In this document: piece by piece, positions 29,597 through 39,672 of the stretch
How the letters are laid out: each line of letters starts with the position of its first letter
Numbering within the stretch: the first letter of the stretch is position 1
Source of the DNA: an uncultured Candidatus Saccharibacteria bacterium
GTDB lineage: Bacteria > Patescibacteriota > Minisyncoccia > Phycocordibacterales > Zambryskibacteraceae
Length of the DNA: 64,000 nt
Direction of reading: 5' to 3'
NCBI GenBank assembly: GCA_964509605.1
Contig: CAZDXF010000002.1
Span: forward strand, 25,514 to 89,513
Translations under genes and position numbers: made by a program
The notes under the pieces: model-generated
Seen by the model: only the letters and a program-made list of their open reading frames with translations
What the model was told of the DNA's origin: nothing
Database searches by the model: none

Positions 29597-30184
29597 TTAT
29601 TTTAAATCGAAACTTTCCAAGATTTTGACAAAATCATCTCTTATAAAATCATCCTTTGAAATATATGTGACGGTGATTGATATAATATTTTCTTTATGTG
29701 TTAACGCAACCGTGTCGGCTTCATAAAGTCCAGACCAAGAGTATTTTACGGCTAGTTTTCCATCAACGGCCACTTCTTCAAATGTTCCGTTTGAAAGCTT
29801 AAAGTTGGAATTGTTGTTGTTTATGAGCCAGCTCTCAATAGAAATATTATCTAAGTTGTTTTGATAGATATCTATTGTTATTGCTGTTGGACCTTCTCTG
29901 CCCGGAGATTTCCCTTCTCTTACAAGCCTGTTTTCCTCAGTGTTCTCAGTCAATATAATTGCTTTGTGGTACCTCTCTCCGTTTCCAAGATCTTTTTCTT
30001 CAAGAAAATAAATTTCTGGGTATTTGAATGAAAAACCAAATTGAGAGCTTTCATAGACAACAAGATCTGACCCATCTGTTTCTATGTTCGGGGACATTTC
30101 TTTTTTATTGTCTTTTGAATACCAGAATACAAGGCCTATAACGGCAATCAGTAATATGATGCTTAAAATTTTATTTTTACTCAT
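29597..30184 (-). CDS. Hypothetical membrane-anchored protein
   Basis: N-terminal TM helix; no recognizable motif. Confidence 0.45.
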   Translation of the reverse strand: MSKNKILSIILLIAVIGLVFWYSKDNKKEMSPNIETDGSDLVVYESSQFGFSFKYPEIYFLEEKDLGNGERYHKAIILTENTEENRLVREGKSPGREGPTAITIDIYQNNLDNISIESWLINNNNSNFKLSNGTFEEVAVDGKLAVKYSWSGLYEADTVALTHKENIISITVTYISKDDFIRDDFVKILESFDLK

Positions 30185-30204
30185 AGTTGCTTAGTATATA
30201 TTTT

Positions 30205-31350
30205 TTAATGAAAATGTTCGTGTGAATGACTATGGCCTGAGTGCTCGTCTTCTCTCTTATAGTTTTTTAAAAAATGGACCGCGAGCATTGTGGTAATGGG
30301 CACAGTCAGGATAAGCCCAATACTTCCGACGATTGTCCTGACTATTTCTGTCGCTAAAGCTTCGGAGTTTATTATTGCAAATGTGGGTGCTTCGGAAAGA
30401 GAAAAGAGAAGAAGAAGGGGTAGGGAAGCGCCAGCATAAGCTAGAGCCAAAGTGTTTACAAGAGCACCTACATGCTCTCGACCCACTCTCACTGCTTTTT
30501 TATAAGCTTCTTTTTTTGTCATAGCAGGATTGGCAGAATATAGCTCGCTTACTACCGCTGACTGAGTAATAGCTATGTCGTCTAAAACACCCAAAACTCC
30601 GATCATTATTGCGCCCAATAGAAGACCTGTGAAATCCAAAGTTCCTCCCGTAAAGATGTTTAGATAAACAGATTCGTCAGTTCCAAAACCAGAAAGTTTG
30701 GTGGCTGAAACGGCCAGAGTTGCAAGTATTCCTGTAAGGGCTACGGCAATTGATGTTCCGGCAAAAGCAACAGAAGATTCTCTATTGAATCCGTGGGTAA
30801 AGTAAATTGCGACAAAAAGTATTGCGGAAGCAATCACAACACTTGTTGGTAGAGGAGAAAAACCCTTTAAGATTAATGGCAGAAGGACAAAAACAATAAT
30901 TGAAAAACTTCCAGCCAGACTTACCAGGGATCTCAACCCTTGTTTCCCGCCAAAAATGACTATTGTTCCAGCAAAAAGTATTAAGAGTAAAAGAAGTGAA
31001 CTCCTCCTGTCTACATCACCAACAGAATATATTTCCGCACCATTTATCGTGATTAGATAATTTAGAAAAAATCTGTCGCCCTCTTTTAGAGACAGGTAGT
31101 CGTTTTCAATGGTTATTATTTCTCCTTTTTTCTCTCCTTCTAGTATTTCAGCTCTTATTTTTTGAAATTGAGTGGTTGTATCGGTGCCGGGGACAGGGCG
31201 AATTTCTTGTTCAAGAACTTCAACGACTCTCGCCCTCCAGATACCTTGAATATCTTCGTGCACTTCTTGTGCGGTTGCGAAGGGGGGAATAAATAAAGTT
31301 ATTAGAATTACTGAAAATAAAAATCTTTTCATTTCCTGTAATACTAACAC
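30205..31350 (-). CDS. YibE/F-family membrane protein with C-terminal His-rich tail
   Basis: Signal/TM, then a periplasmic domain, then a multi-TM region. Ends in HSGHSHSHEHFH. Confidence 0.6.
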   Translation of the reverse strand: MLVLQEMKRFLFSVILITLFIPPFATAQEVHEDIQGIWRARVVEVLEQEIRPVPGTDTTTQFQKIRAEILEGEKKGEIITIENDYLSLKEGDRFFLNYLITINGAEIYSVGDVDRRSSLLLLLILFAGTIVIFGGKQGLRSLVSLAGSFSIIVFVLLPLILKGFSPLPTSVVIASAILFVAIYFTHGFNRESSVAFAGTSIAVALTGILATLAVSATKLSGFGTDESVYLNIFTGGTLDFTGLLLGAIMIGVLGVLDDIAITQSAVVSELYSANPAMTKKEAYKKAVRVGREHVGALVNTLALAYAGASLPLLLLFSLSEAPTFAIINSEALATEIVRTIVGSIGLILTVPITTMLAVHFLKNYKREDEHSGHSHSHEHFH

Positions 31351-31458
31351 ACTAGACCAATCTCGAATCGGACCAGATTTTCAGCAATGCGAATGCCTTA
31401 TGATGCTACTTTACTTTATATTTTGAATTAAACCATTTAAACAGATATAATATAACTA

Positions 31459-32697
31459 ATGGAAAAATCTGAGAAAATGATTAGGCTAGGGATTATTATC
31501 CTGGTGTCTTTCACGGTTTTTTGGGCAGTTTATTTAATAAAAAACCAATTTGTGTTAACGGGTAAAAATCTAAGAGATGGAGACGAGCTTTTAAAAGCAG
31601 AAGAAGTAAAAATTGACGAAAATCAAAGGAATTACGAGAAATATTTGATAAAAAAAATTTCTAATGAAGAACCTGTTGCCATCTTTGTATCTAATTCTGA
31701 CAATTCAATTTATTCATATAGCAAAAACGAAGGTAAAAAACTTATATTGAGTGCTGACGAATTACAAAAATATAACGATTCAAATTGGTATTATAATAAG
31801 TTAAACCTGAAAGGAGATTCTATTTTTTATACAACAAAAAAAGGCTTGTATTCAATTAGTATAAAAGGTGAAGTGCAGAATATATTGGATTTCAAGCTTT
31901 TTTCAGATTTTTTTGATGGTGTTTCTTTTATTCCATCTGAACCGATATTCTTGGATGATAATAGTTATATAATTAGTTTATCTTCTGGTGACAATGGTTT
32001 ACTACAACCAGATAGGGCCTTAATTATCAATGGAGATGCTGAGCAAAAGACAGGAACAATTGTTTGGGAAGAATCTGATGCCAGAGGACAATTATTGTTG
32101 GTTAATAAGAAATCTTTTGATGGCTATGTATATGTCACAAAGGGGGTGCCAAAGGGTTGTGGGGTTTGGCTAGATTTTCTTTTGGATCCAAATGATTTTT
32201 CGAAACACAGTGCGGATAATGAGCCAGGTCTATTTGAATATGGAAAAGAAGTTGTTTCACCAGATTTTAAATATGTGGCCAAGATGATTGAGCATCCAGA
32301 TGGTCATCCCAGGGGTGACATGTGTTATTCCGGTTATTCGGTTGGTATAGTTGCAATTTTTGACAAAGATGAAGGTATTTGGGATCTTGAAAAAGATCCA
32401 AGCTATGATTTTAGTCCGCTTGGTTGGACGAGTGATTCAAAATATTTCATATATTACAGAACAAAGTTGTCTTCTGAGTCAGATTTTGTCGTTTCAACTG
32501 AATACGCAATATTTTCTATGGAGACGGGTGAAAAATTTGTGGAAAAAGATAAAGAAGGAGTTGCGGATAGATTGAATCGCCTATATGGCACTGATTTATA
32601 TGAGGTTTTTATTTCTTCTAAATCTGATATTCCAGAATTTGATACGGACCATTTTGTAGGTTTTGTGGGTGCTTCTGAATTTTTTAGAATTTTTTAA
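31459..32697 (+). CDS. Hypothetical membrane-anchored extracellular protein
   Basis: N-terminal TM helix and a 412-aa ORF. Confidence 0.45.
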   Translation: MEKSEKMIRLGIIILVSFTVFWAVYLIKNQFVLTGKNLRDGDELLKAEEVKIDENQRNYEKYLIKKISNEEPVAIFVSNSDNSIYSYSKNEGKKLILSADELQKYNDSNWYYNKLNLKGDSIFYTTKKGLYSISIKGEVQNILDFKLFSDFFDGVSFIPSEPIFLDDNSYIISLSSGDNGLLQPDRALIINGDAEQKTGTIVWEESDARGQLLLVNKKSFDGYVYVTKGVPKGCGVWLDFLLDPNDFSKHSADNEPGLFEYGKEVVSPDFKYVAKMIEHPDGHPRGDMCYSGYSVGIVAIFDKDEGIWDLEKDPSYDFSPLGWTSDSKYFIYYRTKLSSESDFVVSTEYAIFSMETGEKFVEKDKEGVADRLNRLYGTDLYEVFISSKSDIPEFDTDHFVGFVGASEFFRIF

Positions 32698-32880
32698 AAA
32701 ATAAAATTTTTTACATTTTTTTATAATATTAGCACAGTGGCTTCACCGGGAATCAGATCCCACCCTCGGCAATGCGAATGCCTTATGATGCTACTTTACT
32801 ACGGGCCCAAACAACGATATATTTTTGTATGTAAGATATTCTAGTCTATGTGTTGTTTAGCTTCTCTATTTTTATAGAAA

Positions 32881-33498
32881 ATGCAAGATAATAAAAAAAT
32901 ATTATGGGTTCTGTTGTCTCTGGTTTTGATTACTAATATATTTTGGATAGCCATTTTTTATTTTGGAGAATTTGTAAACACAAGTTATCTAGATCTCTTA
33001 GAAAAAAAGAAGGACCAAATAGAAGTAAAAAAAGAAAGTCGTCATTTTAATTTTTTTGACATTTCTGATCTAATTTATTCGCATGGCGATTTTAATCTCT
33101 CTCACATTGATTTTTTAATGCTGGGAGAGTCAGAAGTGGAAGGAAGTTTTAGGCTTATTTCTAAATTTAAGCCATATAAATTCGTCCCAATTCTAATGTT
33201 TAGAGTAGAAGGTGATGGGGTTGAAAAAATACCAAGAAGATCTTCTTCTTATGGAGCCATAGATGGTTTGCCGGTATTTTTTACTTTTGAAAATTACCAG
33301 GATGCATTGGAAATGTTGCAAATTGACGAAAAGGTTTTTGAGGATTCGTCCATATGTAGTGTAGAAGGGTCTGCCAAGATAAAAATAAAGGATTTCATAC
33401 TTGCCGAGTCTAGTGCTGAATTTGGCGCAATTGACTCCACTTCTCTTGAGGAAGTCATCTCTTTGAATGGTCCTAGATTAGTGAAGTGTGCGATTTAA
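32881..33498 (+). CDS. Hypothetical membrane-anchored protein
   Basis: N-terminal TM helix. Confidence 0.4.
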   Translation: MQDNKKILWVLLSLVLITNIFWIAIFYFGEFVNTSYLDLLEKKKDQIEVKKESRHFNFFDISDLIYSHGDFNLSHIDFLMLGESEVEGSFRLISKFKPYKFVPILMFRVEGDGVEKIPRRSSSYGAIDGLPVFFTFENYQDALEMLQIDEKVFEDSSICSVEGSAKIKIKDFILAESSAEFGAIDSTSLEEVISLNGPRLVKCAI

Positions 33499-33595
33499 AA
33501 AATATTCCTTGAGTGTTAAAGGTGGTTTAATTTGAACAAAACAACAAATCACCAAAATTGTGATTTGTTGTTTAAGCGTATTTTTTTTGTTTCTA

Positions 33596-33895
33596 TTACA
33601 TACTGTTTTCTACCTGAATTCTTAGATTAGCAACTCTTTGTTGCAGTAGAGATATAAATTGCATTTGTATATCTCTAAGTTTTTGTTCAAGTGCGATTAT
33701 AATTTCCAATCTCAACATATTCGCTCTTTTTTCCAGTAAAACAATCAATTCTTTCTGTGCATCAATAAGTCGGGCTTCTATTACGGCTCTCTCTTGCTCA
33801 CTCAAAGTTTGTCCGGAGCTCGCCATTGCAGTTGTCGGTATTAATGTTGTTAGAATGGTCAAAGCAACCGCAAAAAACATAATGATTTTTTTCAT
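33596..33895 (-). CDS. Small secreted coiled-coil protein
   Basis: Signal peptide followed by heptad-like repeats. Confidence 0.4.
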   Translation of the reverse strand: MKKIIMFFAVALTILTTLIPTTAMASSGQTLSEQERAVIEARLIDAQKELIVLLEKRANMLRLEIIIALEQKLRDIQMQFISLLQQRVANLRIQVENSM

Positions 33896-34116
33896 AAGTT
33901 TTTGTTTGTTTGCTGATAAATCTGACCCCAGTCTATGTTTTTATAGACTCATTTTATTAAGACGAATCAAGGCCAATTTTATTTCCACCGCTTCCGTTTA
34001 TATCTATACAACAATTCTGCAGAATTGTTGTATAGATTAGGACACTTTTTTAATCAAACTAAGGCTGTGATATGTGTGGAACGAAAAATACCCGAAATGA
34101 ATCGGGTATTTTCGAT

Positions 34117-34522
34117 TGTGGAGGTGGGGAGTAGTGAGCTCCCGTCCAAAAAGCATTCTCAAATATTTCTACAAGAGGTAGTCTACCTCATTGGTTTTAA
34201 GCACTGTGAGTATAAGACAGACAAAACCTCACAATACCGTAGCTTCTACATTTCAGAAAATAGCGAAGCGGTTATTTTCTAAAGTCTGAAAATATTACAC
34301 CAACATTTCACTTACAGACTTTGTGAAAGTTGACGTCGTTCGGGTAAGCTTACGCTGTGACCGGAACGAAAGCAAAATCTTTAGCTCCAAAATATGGAGA
34401 AACTACTGACTTTGCTTTTGCGACAATGCTGTTTGCATTTATCTTTATGGCGGATTAAAGAGTCACCACAGCTCTCTCTTGCATATTTGAGAGGAAACCT
34501 TTTGTCGAATCAGTTCACCCCC
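34117..34522 (-). ncRNA. ssrA: tmRNA (SsrA)
   Basis: Minus-strand 5' end GGGGGUGAACUGAUUCGACAAAAGG matches the tmRNA 5' consensus. The 3' end is ...GGGAGCUCACUACUCCCCACCUCCACA. The acceptor GGGGGUG/CACCUCC pairs with a G3-U70 wobble. Lies ~90 bp from smpB. Confidence 0.65.
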
Positions 34523-34608
34523 GTCGTATCAGCTGTTAGCTTATAGCTTTCAGCTCTTAGAAAAGAAATCTTCCGTCCTGAAAGCTAATACCTATAAACT
34601 AAAATCTA

Positions 34609-35055
34609 CTACTCGTATTTCAAAGTTCTTCTAATGTCTATATCGGTTTCGCGCTTTTTTACCGTGTGCCTTTTATCACCCATTTTCTTTCCGCGCCCTA
34701 TTCCGATGGAGACTTTTATAACTTTACCCTTATTATACACCATAATAGGCACTATTGTCAAACCCTTTTGACTCTCCTTTACTGCAAGCTCAGCAATTTC
34801 TTTTTTGTTCAAAAGCAGTCTGCGGTTTCTTTCGGGGTCATAGTTTTTAGGAGCATTTTTTATTTGAAATGGTGGAATTTGGGCACCAACAAGAAAAACT
34901 TCTCCTCCACGCACCACAACACGAGAGCCCTCTAGAGAGCCTCTTTTTTCTCGGATTGATTTTACTTCAAAGCCAAAAAGCTCGAGACCCGCTTCAAATT
35001 TTTCTAAAATTTCGAAGTTGAAATAAGCTTTTTTGTTTTCTAGCAGGTTTGCCAT
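34609..35055 (-). CDS. smpB: SsrA-binding protein SmpB (start at MANLLENKK)
   Basis: SmpB sequence. Confidence 0.85.
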   Translation of the reverse strand: MANLLENKKAYFNFEILEKFEAGLELFGFEVKSIREKRGSLEGSRVVVRGGEVFLVGAQIPPFQIKNAPKNYDPERNRRLLLNKKEIAELAVKESQKGLTIVPIMVYNKGKVIKVSIGIGRGKKMGDKRHTVKKRETDIDIRRTLKYE

Positions 35056-35102
35056 ATTGGAATCATAGCAAAACAGAGAGATTATTGTATAATGGCTCAA
35101 CT

Positions 35103-37040
35103 ATGGCAAATCCCAACACTAAGAAAAAGAAACAGCATAAGGTTGTTATAAAAAGGGGCTTTAAACAGGGGTCTGGCCCTCAAAATCCAATGTGGAAAAA
35201 TTTTCTTTCCACCCTCCTTGTTTTTCTCATCATAATGACACTTTACTCCGCTGTTTCCGAGAGGAGGGAAAAAACCGAGCAAATTCCGATTTCACAACTA
35301 GCTTCGGCTGTAATAGAAGAGAAGGTTTCAAAGATAATTGTAAGCGGAGATAAACTGGAAGTTGAATATTCAGACGGTTCAAAAGTTGATTCAAAAAAAG
35401 AAGCCGAATCTTCTCTTTCTGAAACTCTGTCAATTTACGGAGTTTCTCCCGAAGTTTTAGCGAAAGTTCAGATTGAAATAAAGTCACAGGGAGGTCTTGG
35501 TTTCTGGATCTTGAATTTATTACCGATTATCATACCGATTTTATTTATAATATTTTTTATTTGGTTTTTGTCCCGCCAAGTCAAAGGGGCCGGCATGCAG
35601 GCATTTACTTTTGGCCAATCAAAGGCGCGAATTATTCCAGCTGGAGACACAAAACAAAAAGTCACATTTAAAGATGTCGCTGGTGTGAAAGAAGCAAAGC
35701 AAGAGCTTTATGAAATTGTAGATTTTCTAAAAAGCCCGAAGAAATTTTTAGATATTGGCGCTCAAATTCCAAAAGGAGTTTTACTTATGGGTGCTCCTGG
35801 AACAGGTAAGACGCTTTTGGCTAGAGCTGTGGCGGGTGAGGCAGGAGTGGCATTCTTTTCAATTTCTGGTTCAGAATTTGTAGAGATGTTTGTGGGCGTC
35901 GGAGCTTCTAGGGTTAGAGACTTATTTCAGCTTGCAAAAAAGGCATCTCCGGCAATTATTTTTGTTGATGAAATTGACGCTGTTGGAAGGGTGAGAGGAG
36001 TTGGCGCCGGTGGTGGAAATGATGAAAGGGAGCAAACTCTAAACCAAATTTTGGTGGAGATGGATGGTTTTGAACCAAATGAAAAGGTGATTGTAATGGC
36101 CGCGACCAATAGACCCGATGTGTTAGATCCAGCACTTCTTCGTCCGGGCAGATTTGATAGGAGAGTTGTGATTGATTTGCCAGATAGGGGTGATAGGGAA
36201 GAGATTCTTTTAATACACGCACGACAGAAACCTTTAGCAGAAGATGTGAATTTGAAGGTTATTGCAGAGCGTACCCCAGGTTTTTCTGGTGCGGATTTGT
36301 CCTCCCTTATGAATGAAGGAGCTATTCTTGCCGCTAGGGAAGATCGCACCAAAGTTTCGCAGTTTGATCTTATTCGTTCTATAGAAAAAGTAATGCTAGG
36401 TCCTGAGAGGAAAAGCCATCTTCTATCAGTAAAAGAAAAAGAAATTACTGCGTACCACGAAGCGGGACACGCCTTAGTTGGTTCAGTTCTTGAATATTCT
36501 GATCCTGTTCATAAAATTTCTATAATTTCTCGTGGTCGTGCCGCTGGATACACATTGAATCTTCCTCTTGAAGATAGAAGATTACAATCTAAAAAAGAAT
36601 TTTTGGACGATATAGCGATGTCACTTGGAGGTTATGTCGCAGAAAGGTTGGTGTTTGGTGATATTACTACAGGCCCGTCTAATGATCTGCAAGTTTCTAC
36701 TGCCTTAGCACGAGATATGGTGACCAAATATGGAATGTCTGACAAAATGGGCCCGATTGCTTTGGAAAGTTCTTCCGGCAAAACTCTTTTTGGCAGGGGA
36801 GTTGATGACAGAGATTATTCAGAAAAAGTTGGAGCCGAAATTGATGCTGAAGTTTCAAAGATAATGAAAGAAGCGTTGGCAAAAGCTCAAGATATTCTTG
36901 AAAAACATCGCAAAGTTTTGGATGTGATCTCTTTGAGACTTATAGAAGTTGAGACAATAGAAAGGGATGAATTTGAAGATATATTGGTTGCAAACGGCAT
37001 CACCCCAAAAAAGAAAAAAGACATAGAGCACCAGGTTTAG
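35103..37040 (+). CDS. ftsH: ATP-dependent zinc metalloprotease FtsH
   Basis: AAA+ Walker [18 protein letters not shown] zinc site. Extended -10 tgTATAAT lies upstream at ~35084-35091. Confidence 0.9.
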   Translation: MANPNTKKKKQHKVVIKRGFKQGSGPQNPMWKNFLSTLLVFLIIMTLYSAVSERREKTEQIPISQLASAVIEEKVSKIIVSGDKLEVEYSDGSKVDSKKEAESSLSETLSIYGVSPEVLAKVQIEIKSQGGLGFWILNLLPIIIPILFIIFFIWFLSRQVKGAGMQAFTFGQSKARIIPAGDTKQKVTFKDVAGVKEAKQELYEIVDFLKSPKKFLDIGAQIPKGVLLMGAPGTGKTLLARAVAGEAGVAFFSISGSEFVEMFVGVGASRVRDLFQLAKKASPAIIFVDEIDAVGRVRGVGAGGGNDEREQTLNQILVEMDGFEPNEKVIVMAATNRPDVLDPALLRPGRFDRRVVIDLPDRGDREEILLIHARQKPLAEDVNLKVIAERTPGFSGADLSSLMNEGAILAAREDRTKVSQFDLIRSIEKVMLGPERKSHLLSVKEKEITAYHEAGHALVGSVLEYSDPVHKISIISRGRAAGYTLNLPLEDRRLQSKKEFLDDIAMSLGGYVAERLVFGDITTGPSNDLQVSTALARDMVTKYGMSDKMGPIALESSSGKTLFGRGVDDRDYSEKVGAEIDAEVSKIMKEALAKAQDILEKHRKVLDVISLRLIEVETIERDEFEDILVANGITPKKKKDIEHQV

Positions 37041-37043
37041 TTT

Positions 37044-37084
37044 GTCCGCCCTCCAGGATTCGAACCTGGGACCCCGGAGGTATA
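37044..37084 (-). pseudogene. Partial duplicate (3' half) of the adjacent tRNA-Ile gene
   Basis: 41 bp identical to 37100-37140 (acceptor 3' strand, T-arm, anticodon stem), then diverges. Confidence 0.5.
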
Positions 37085-37099
37085 TGAACGATTACATAG

Positions 37100-37173
37100 T
37101 CCGCCCTCCAGGATTCGAACCTGGGACCCCGGAGGTATAAGCTCCGTGCTCTAACCAACTGAGCTAAGGGCGG
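37100..37173 (-). tRNA. tRNA-Ile (anticodon UAU)
   Basis: Cloverleaf: acceptor CCGCCCU/AGGGCGG, D-stem GCUC/GAGC, anticodon stem CGGAG/CUCCG with loop CUUAUAC, T-stem CCAGG/CCUGG, T-loop UUCGAAU. CCA not encoded. Confidence 0.65.
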
Positions 37174-37249
37174 ACTTTGGAATCATTCATATAAGTAGGT
37201 CGTTCGGGTCTCATAAAAGCAAGCTTTTGCGAGACCTCTCACTATCACT

Positions 37250-37335
37250 TATAAGCTCCATGCTCTATCAACTGCCCGTCCCGTATGAAATAGACTGCTT
37301 TTCAGTCGTTATTTCATACGGGAAGCTAAGGGCGG
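37250..37335 (-). pseudogene. Degenerate tRNA 5'-half copy interrupted by a 47-nt perfect nested hairpin
   Basis: ccgcccttagct [cccgtatgaaata gactgcttttcagtc gttatttcatacggg] cagttgatagagcatggagcttataa resembles the tRNA-Ile 5' half. No T-arm or acceptor 3' strand follows. Confidence 0.4.
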
Positions 37336-37511
37336 ATGTAGGAGAATACTATAGCAAAAAATCTTTCCAGACAATTATTCAATGATGAATAAATTTTGTT
37401 AAAATTTTAACTTTCTAAGTTTGAATTTGATTATAGACAGATATTAGCTTTTAAACAACCACATTTATTTATGGTGATATTATAAAAAGATATAAAATTT
37501 AATTTATTCTA

Positions 37512-39668
37512 ATGAAAAACAAAGAGTTGGTTGATTATATTAAATTACAAAAGACAAAGGGCACTCCATTGAATGTTATAAAATCAAATCTTCGTCTCGG
37601 AGGGGGGTGGAGCGATGGTGATATTGATGAAGCTCTTATGGAAATAAGTCCTGAAGCTGTAGAGGTCCACGGAGATTCACCAAAAATCGCAGAAAGCACG
37701 ACGCAGGAGACTTCGGATCTGTCTTTAGAAAACAACTCTATTCCACAAGGTTATCCGTCTCAGAGTTCAGGAGAGTCCGTTGATGCGCTGTCTACTTGGG
37801 CATCAGAAGAAAATAAAAATAAATTAAACAAAAGAGCCCTTGTGATAGGAAGCGTCTTTGCTTTAGGGGGAATTGTTTTGATTGTTATTTTTTATTTATT
37901 TTTTCCAAAGGTTGGGTTTTTTGTAAAGGGCAAATATACAGAAAGCACTTTTCTTACCAGCATAATTTCCAAGTCCTCTGAGATAAAATCCTCATCAAGT
38001 CGTATAAAATTGTCACTTTCAGTTGTTCCGCGTGATGCGGACGCTCAGCCAATTGTTGTTATAGAACCTGATCAAAAAAACAGAAAGGACTACCAAAATG
38101 ATTACACCAGATCTAAAGACGCCAGTTCATTGCTTAGTCAGCTTAAATATAGAAATTCTTATCCACCCAGTCTCAAAGCCTTAACTCAAAGCTCTGATTA
38201 TTTTTATCAAAAACCATCCCTAACTGATCCCGTTTCTGGCAGGGAGTACGAGTATCGCCTTACTGATAATGGCAGAAATTTTACTCTTTCTATCACCTTT
38301 GATACCAAAGACGCCATATCTACTATACGTCGTTCGTTGAGCCATACAGATGGTGGTAGTAGCACAGTAATAAATGGCCAGACTGTAACTTTCACCAAAG
38401 ATAGCAATCCTTTCTTTTTCTTTTCTCCGGAGCCACCCAAACCATTTTTAATGGAGTTTGCAGATATGTCAGCTTTTCTGCCATCAGAGCTTTCTGCTGA
38501 TGTCTCTTTTGGGGCTACCACTGATTGGAGTAATGCAGATTGGGAGTTTAATTTTGATGCAAATGGTGATTTTGGAGATTTGGTTTATAAAATAAATGTA
38601 GATGCTCTCAGAAAAGATGGTGACTATTATTTTAGAATTAATAATATGCCGAGCTTGTTTCTTGGGTCCTTGTCTTCGGTAAAAAACCGTTGGATTAAGA
38701 TTGCATCACAAGAAGAAAATAACCCAACAGGTTATGGAAATAGACTTTTATATTTTGCAAATTTAATTTCTGATTATGAGGAGACGACACAGAAAAATCA
38801 GGAAGAATCTATTCGTTTATTGCAAAAAATTTCAGAATTTGCTGATAAAGAAAAACTGTTTAAATTTAGAAAATCTCCGTCCCCGGATAAAATTGAAGGA
38901 AGGAGTTTAAAGCGATATGAACTAGAGTTTAGAAAGGAAGCCATCGTTCCATTTTATGAAAGACTTCTTGATGAAATAAATAGTGGCAACTACAGTAGTT
39001 ATGGTTTTATGTTAAACGACGAAGGTCTTTTGGAATATTTTAAGAGTAAAGATTTTGATGTGATGTTTGATTACTACAACAAAAACACTTTTCTCTCTTT
39101 GTGGGTTGATAAAAATGGCTTCCCCGTGATTTTGGAATACAAAATTCGTGTAGTTCCTCCTGACACAGCGTCTCAGCTTAAGGACAGGCAGTTAGAACTT
39201 GTTTTTAATCTGGCCCTTAACGATATTAACAAACAGGTTAATATTAAGAGCCCGGCGGATTTTGTTAATTTGGAAGAAATAATAGAAGATTCCCCTCTAT
39301 TTTCTGCTAGACAAACTGGAGCGAATGCAGCTATAAAGTCGAATTTAGCTTCCATTAGAGCGGAAGCAGAGATTTATTATGATTACAGTGGTAATTTTTC
39401 TTACGGACCGGCTAATCGGGGTGGGAATTGTGATACATCAGGTACTATTTTTGTTAGTGCCGATGTTAAAAAAAGTCTAAGCGCTATTAGGTCCGTTCTT
39501 TCTTCTAATAATGTTGATAAGCCTATTACCTGCTATAACACGGCAGTTAGTTGGGCTGTATCGTCCCCATTAATTTTATCGGAAGTCGAGGGGGATTATT
39601 GGTGTGTTGATTCTACGGGTTTTTCTGGTCCAATAAGAAATTCTATAGTAAGTGCTTCTTGCATATAA
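37512..39668 (+). CDS. Large membrane-anchored extracellular protein with C-terminal type IV pilin-like globular domain
   Basis: TM helix at ~aa 110-132. The C-terminal ~130 aa align with the pilins of this locus (KSNLASIRAEAEIYYD..., WAVSSPL...YWCVDSTG, terminal Cys pair), but there is no prepilin leader or N-terminal pilin helix. Confidence 0.6.
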   Translation: MKNKELVDYIKLQKTKGTPLNVIKSNLRLGGGWSDGDIDEALMEISPEAVEVHGDSPKIAESTTQETSDLSLENNSIPQGYPSQSSGESVDALSTWASEENKNKLNKRALVIGSVFALGGIVLIVIFYLFFPKVGFFVKGKYTESTFLTSIISKSSEIKSSSSRIKLSLSVVPRDADAQPIVVIEPDQKNRKDYQNDYTRSKDASSLLSQLKYRNSYPPSLKALTQSSDYFYQKPSLTDPVSGREYEYRLTDNGRNFTLSITFDTKDAISTIRRSLSHTDGGSSTVINGQTVTFTKDSNPFFFFSPEPPKPFLMEFADMSAFLPSELSADVSFGATTDWSNADWEFNFDANGDFGDLVYKINVDALRKDGDYYFRINNMPSLFLGSLSSVKNRWIKIASQEENNPTGYGNRLLYFANLISDYEETTQKNQEESIRLLQKISEFADKEKLFKFRKSPSPDKIEGRSLKRYELEFRKEAIVPFYERLLDEINSGNYSSYGFMLNDEGLLEYFKSKDFDVMFDYYNKNTFLSLWVDKNGFPVILEYKIRVVPPDTASQLKDRQLELVFNLALNDINKQVNIKSPADFVNLEEIIEDSPLFSARQTGANAAIKSNLASIRAEAEIYYDYSGNFSYGPANRGGNCDTSGTIFVSADVKKSLSAIRSVLSSNNVDKPITCYNTAVSWAVSSPLILSEVEGDYWCVDSTGFSGPIRNSIVSASCI

Positions 39669-39672
39669 ATTA

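Noticed and set aside
37098-37175. Alternative tRNA fold with acceptor GUCCGCC/GGCGGAC.
   Set aside because: It leaves 4 nt between the acceptor and D stems and an extra base before the acceptor 3' strand. The fold with CCGCCCU/AGGGCGG is regular.
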